From: a virus
Taxonomy: Duplodnaviria > Heunggongvirae > Uroviricota > Caudoviricetes
Strand: one strand, 5' to 3'
Virus record (IMG/VR): IMGVR_UViG_2537561937_000008
Length of the DNA: 8,757 bases
Positions 7,019 through 8,757 of the stretch are shown here, piece after piece; position 1 is the first letter of the stretch; each line of letters begins with the position of its first letter. The notes under the pieces were generated by a model. That model worked only from the letters and a program-made list of their open reading frames with translations, made no database searches and had not been told where the DNA came from. The position numbers were made by a program, and so were the translations under genes.

Positions 7019-7819
7019 TTAACCGCGCTTCGCCTTCTGCGTCGCGGTGGTTTTTCGTGTTGCAGGCTTCCGCGTTGTCTTTTTACTTTTGCTGCTTTCG
7101 TCCTGCGCCTGCTGTGCGCTGGCGTCTTCTGGTGCGGCTGCGGAATCGGCTTTTTTCAGGGCGCGGGAAAGGGTTGCAATCTCGCGTTTCACACCTGCGT
7201 TCGGGTTCAGGTGCATTGCTTCGCGCAGCAGCTTCAGTGACAGGGCCATGCTGTCCGCATCACTCAGGCCACGGCGGGCAAAGGCGCACGCTTTGCATAA
7301 TTTGGCGCGCACTTCGTCCGGCATGTCCTGGTCGGTGACAATCTCCCGGAGGGTGTCCAGTGGTTCGATAAAGGCGGATAAATCCGCGTCGGCATCCGTC
7401 CCGGCCTGCGTCAGTACCGGATTACAGATTTCTTCGGTCAGTACCGTGGCAGCAGTACGGCCAAAGTTATCCGGCATGATGAGGTTGTGACGGACCACAT
7501 ACGCGCCGATACGCAGCGCAAGCGGAAGATCGCCACAGTCAATCGCCCACACCATCAGCGTGGCAATCACTTCATCCTGCTGCCCGCCGTCAGCCTCCAG
7601 CGTTCCCTCAATCCAGCCGGAAAAATCCGGCAACAACTCTTTTTTGATGGCGGCTTTCGCGCTTCTGGCCTGTACGCCCTTAAGCCGGGCCTGTGCCAGA
7701 CGCAGACGATACAGCACCTCTTCATGCGCGGTACGCGCGGCGTGGTCCACGCCTTCATTCGCCCGGCCTGCGCGCTGTGCCATCACGTTCTGCCAGTGTT
7801 GCTGTGCAGGAGTAATCAT
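7019..7819 (-). CDS. M: Terminase small (endonuclease) subunit (P2 gpM-like), 266 aa
   Basis: ATG at 7819..7817 with GGAGAG 6 nt upstream. Length and sequence fit P2 gpM (247 aa). Lys/Thr-rich basic C-terminal tail. Confidence 0.85.
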   Translation of the reverse strand: MITPAQQHWQNVMAQRAGRANEGVDHAARTAHEEVLYRLRLAQARLKGVQARSAKAAIKKELLPDFSGWIEGTLEADGGQQDEVIATLMVWAIDCGDLPLALRIGAYVVRHNLIMPDNFGRTAATVLTEEICNPVLTQAGTDADADLSAFIEPLDTLREIVTDQDMPDEVRAKLCKACAFARRGLSDADSMALSLKLLREAMHLNPNAGVKREIATLSRALKKADSAAAPEDASAQQAQDESSKSKKTTRKPATRKTTATQKAKRG

Positions 7820-7836
7820 TTGTTCTCTCCGTTACT

Positions 7837-7855
7837 GGCGGGCATGATGCCCGCC
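7837..7855. repeat. Perfect 9+9 bp palindrome GGCGGGCAT-G-ATGCCCGCC in the N-M intergenic region
   Basis: Seen directly between the N stop (7865) and the M ribosome-binding site. No U-run follows on the minus strand, so it is not a canonical terminator. Confidence 0.5.
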
Positions 7856-7864
7856 GTGAGTTGA

Positions 7865-8757
7865 TTAGCTGTCGGCGAACTTCAGGCCAGTGACCATCGC
7901 GCACTTGCCATAGTCTTCAACGACATAAGCGTCATTGATGGACTGGTAGGTGGCGATGCGGTTGTATTCCGGCTCGTCTTTCATCAGGCGACGCATTGAA
8001 CCTTTCTGCCAGTAAATCGACAGGTTGTTGAACGAGGTGATCAGCATCGTTGCATCCGGGAAGAACGGCGCAAGGAATACATCCAGCCCGCCAATGGTGC
8101 GCGATGACAGGATGAGCTGTCCGGCGAGTAATTCCGCATTGGGATTCTGGCCGCTGATGCTGTTCAGCACGGGCAGCGAGCGAGTTAAACAGGTTGCGCC
8201 CCATAATCACCACGAGGTCGTCAGCTTCCTTGTGCCATTCATCCAGCAGGGATGACGGCGTCCTGTACCAGTGCATCAGCGTTCGCATACTTACCCGCGT
8301 GCGCCACGGTGTTGTCCATGTTGCGGGAGGTCAGCGTCACGTCATTCATAACGCGTTCGCTGGCGTCGGTTCTGATGTGCTCCAGCCAGCCCACGTTAAC
8401 GTCCTGAAGCAGCTTGTTGGTGCTGAAGTTGGACTCATCCGCGTGAGACGTGCCGTTGAAACCGATCATGATGCGGTCAAGCGCCACCTGTCGGGCAATC
8501 TGTGCGCTGATGCGGGACTGAAAATCAGGGTGTGCCGACCAGGCATCAAGCTGCGGATACGAAATAAACGTGTCGTAGTTCACCTGTTCGCACTGGTATT
8601 TGCGGTTTTTCAGATCAACCACGTTATTCGGGTTACGGCGTTTTGTGCCGTCATAACTGGTATTCGTGCGCGCAATTGGCCCGGTGGTATCCAGGAGGAT
8701 TTTTTCGCCTTTCTGGTCGGTCACGCCGATCACGTTAATTCTTTTTGTAAATTCGGT
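7865..8757 (-). pseudogene. N: Major capsid protein (P2 gpN-like), N-terminus beyond the right edge, reading frame broken by two frameshifts
   Basis: Three consecutive minus-strand ORFs in three different frames (8239..8733 and on to the edge, 7932..8288, 7865..8170) each match successive parts of gpN: ...GVTDQKGEK...IMIGFNGT...VGWLE... / ...DEWHKEADDLVVIMGRNL... / ...LITSFNNLSIYW...YVVEDY.... Frame switches are at about 8248-8253 and about 8174-8186. Confidence 0.6.

Noticed and set aside
1504-8255. Remaining plus-strand ORFs in the track (e.g. 1504..2028, 1937..2533, 2853..3284, 4008..4373, 5693..6085, 6407..6838, 7047..7490, 7487..7864)
   Set aside because: Each lies wholly antisense to a minus-strand gene with clear P2-family similarity, and none shows a recognisable motif or ribosome-binding context. 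Treated as shadow ORFs.
1-8757. Anti-phage defence or other cargo island
   Set aside because: Gene order is contiguous and P2-syntenic from N to H, with overlapping or near-abutting genes and no unexplained intergenic space. The known P2 cargo hotspots (old, tin, Z/fun) lie outside this segment.

Overview
This window is the late structural and lysis region of a P2-like (Peduovirus-type) prophage, with every credible gene on the minus strand. Read 5'->3' on the minus strand the order is: major capsid N (N-terminus off the right edge, interrupted by two frameshifts) - small terminase M - head completion L - tail protein X - holin - endolysin - i-spanin/o-spanin - tail completion R - tail completion S - baseplate V, W, J, I - tail fiber H (C-terminus off the left edge). 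Calls rest on my own translation compared with P2 proteins as I remember them; no database search was run. The supplied ORF track translates GTG/TTG starts as M, so several track N-termini are not ATG and I moved starts where an internal ATG with a Shine-Dalgarno or a P2-like N-terminus fits better. Plus-strand ORFs are antisense shadows of these genes. I found no convincing novel cargo or defence system. The points worth a second look are the frameshifted capsid gene, a tail completion S protein about 60 aa longer than P2 gpS, a non-P2 lysis cassette, a terminator-like hairpin between M and L, and a three-copy tandem repeat in the tail fiber.
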